Positions 63,871-64,000 of a stretch of 64,000 nucleotides of DNA are shown one piece after another. Position 1 is the stretch's first letter; every line of letters starts with the position of its first letter. Position numbers and translations under genes: made by a program. The stretch lies in IMG/VR virus record IMGVR_UViG_3300042731_007874; one strand, written 5' to 3'. This stretch comes from a virus. The notes below the pieces were generated by a model. The model was not told the origin of the DNA. It did not search any database and saw only the letters and a list, made by a program, of their open reading frames with translations.

Positions 63871-64000
63871 GATATTTACTTACCATGTATGGCATTAAAA
63901 TATAAGAGGTAAAATGATCTAGGGTAACATATTCGTGCCAGCCTCCATGTTTATGATAGTCAAGGTTTTCTTGAAGAAAAATCTTTTTCCCTTTTATTTG
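63860..64000 (-). CDS. 3' end of a hypothetical gene running off the window
   Basis: Open frame QIKGKKIFLQENLDYHKHGGWHEYVTLDHFTSYILMPYMVSKYHEN*, overlapping the UDG start. Confidence 0.45.
   Translation of the reverse strand, partial: QIKGKKIFLQENLDYHKHGGWHEYVTLDHFTSYILMPYMVSKYHEN

Noticed and set aside
1-64000. Genome-wide TAG reassignment (code 15) as the explanation for the dnaE amber
   Set aside because: Many 600-1200 codon ORFs contain no internal TAG, coding density is already near complete under code 11, and TAG serves as an apparent normal stop (e.g. 13585-13587, 16687-16689). Site-specific read-through remains possible.
1-64000. CRISPR array or cas operon
   Set aside because: No regularly spaced 25-45 nt repeats with unique spacers; the Cas4-like genes have no cas1/cas2 neighbours.
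1-64000. Prophage or cellular chromosome origin
   Set aside because: No integrase, repressor, att-like site or host housekeeping synteny; dnaE, def, gmd and thyX are interspersed with phage-type small genes in one co-oriented block.

Overview
This 64 kb window looks like part of a large lytic, contractile-tailed (myovirus-like, probably jumbo) bacteriophage genome. It is AT-rich, densely coding and read with the standard bacterial code. There are two convergent blocks. The + strand block (1-34139) is a virion morphogenesis operon: baseplate hub, probable spike, gp25-like and baseplate-J wedge proteins, large Ig/FN3-containing structural proteins and three fibre-like proteins, ending in a GT25 glycosyltransferase. 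The - strand block (34081-64000) begins with a glycan-biosynthesis island (DegT-family aminotransferase, sulfotransferase, SGNH protein, methyltransferase, Gmd, three GT9-like genes). It continues with a sigma-like factor, several PD-(D/E)XK nucleases, primase-helicase, an HldC-GmhB-like fusion, a GGQ release-factor domain, a DEDD-type exonuclease, DnaE, peptide deformylase, ThyX, a NUDIX protein and family-4 UDG. Two signals stand out. (1) A 9-nt insertion containing an in-frame amber stop sits inside the first PHP metal-binding motif of dnaE. (2) A self-contained sugar-nucleotide/glycosyltransferase/sulfotransferase island abuts Ser-rich repeat fibre genes and may be a phage virion-glycosylation system. 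I found no tRNA, rRNA, CRISPR array, integrase or reverse transcriptase. All family calls come from motif recognition by eye, not from database searches.
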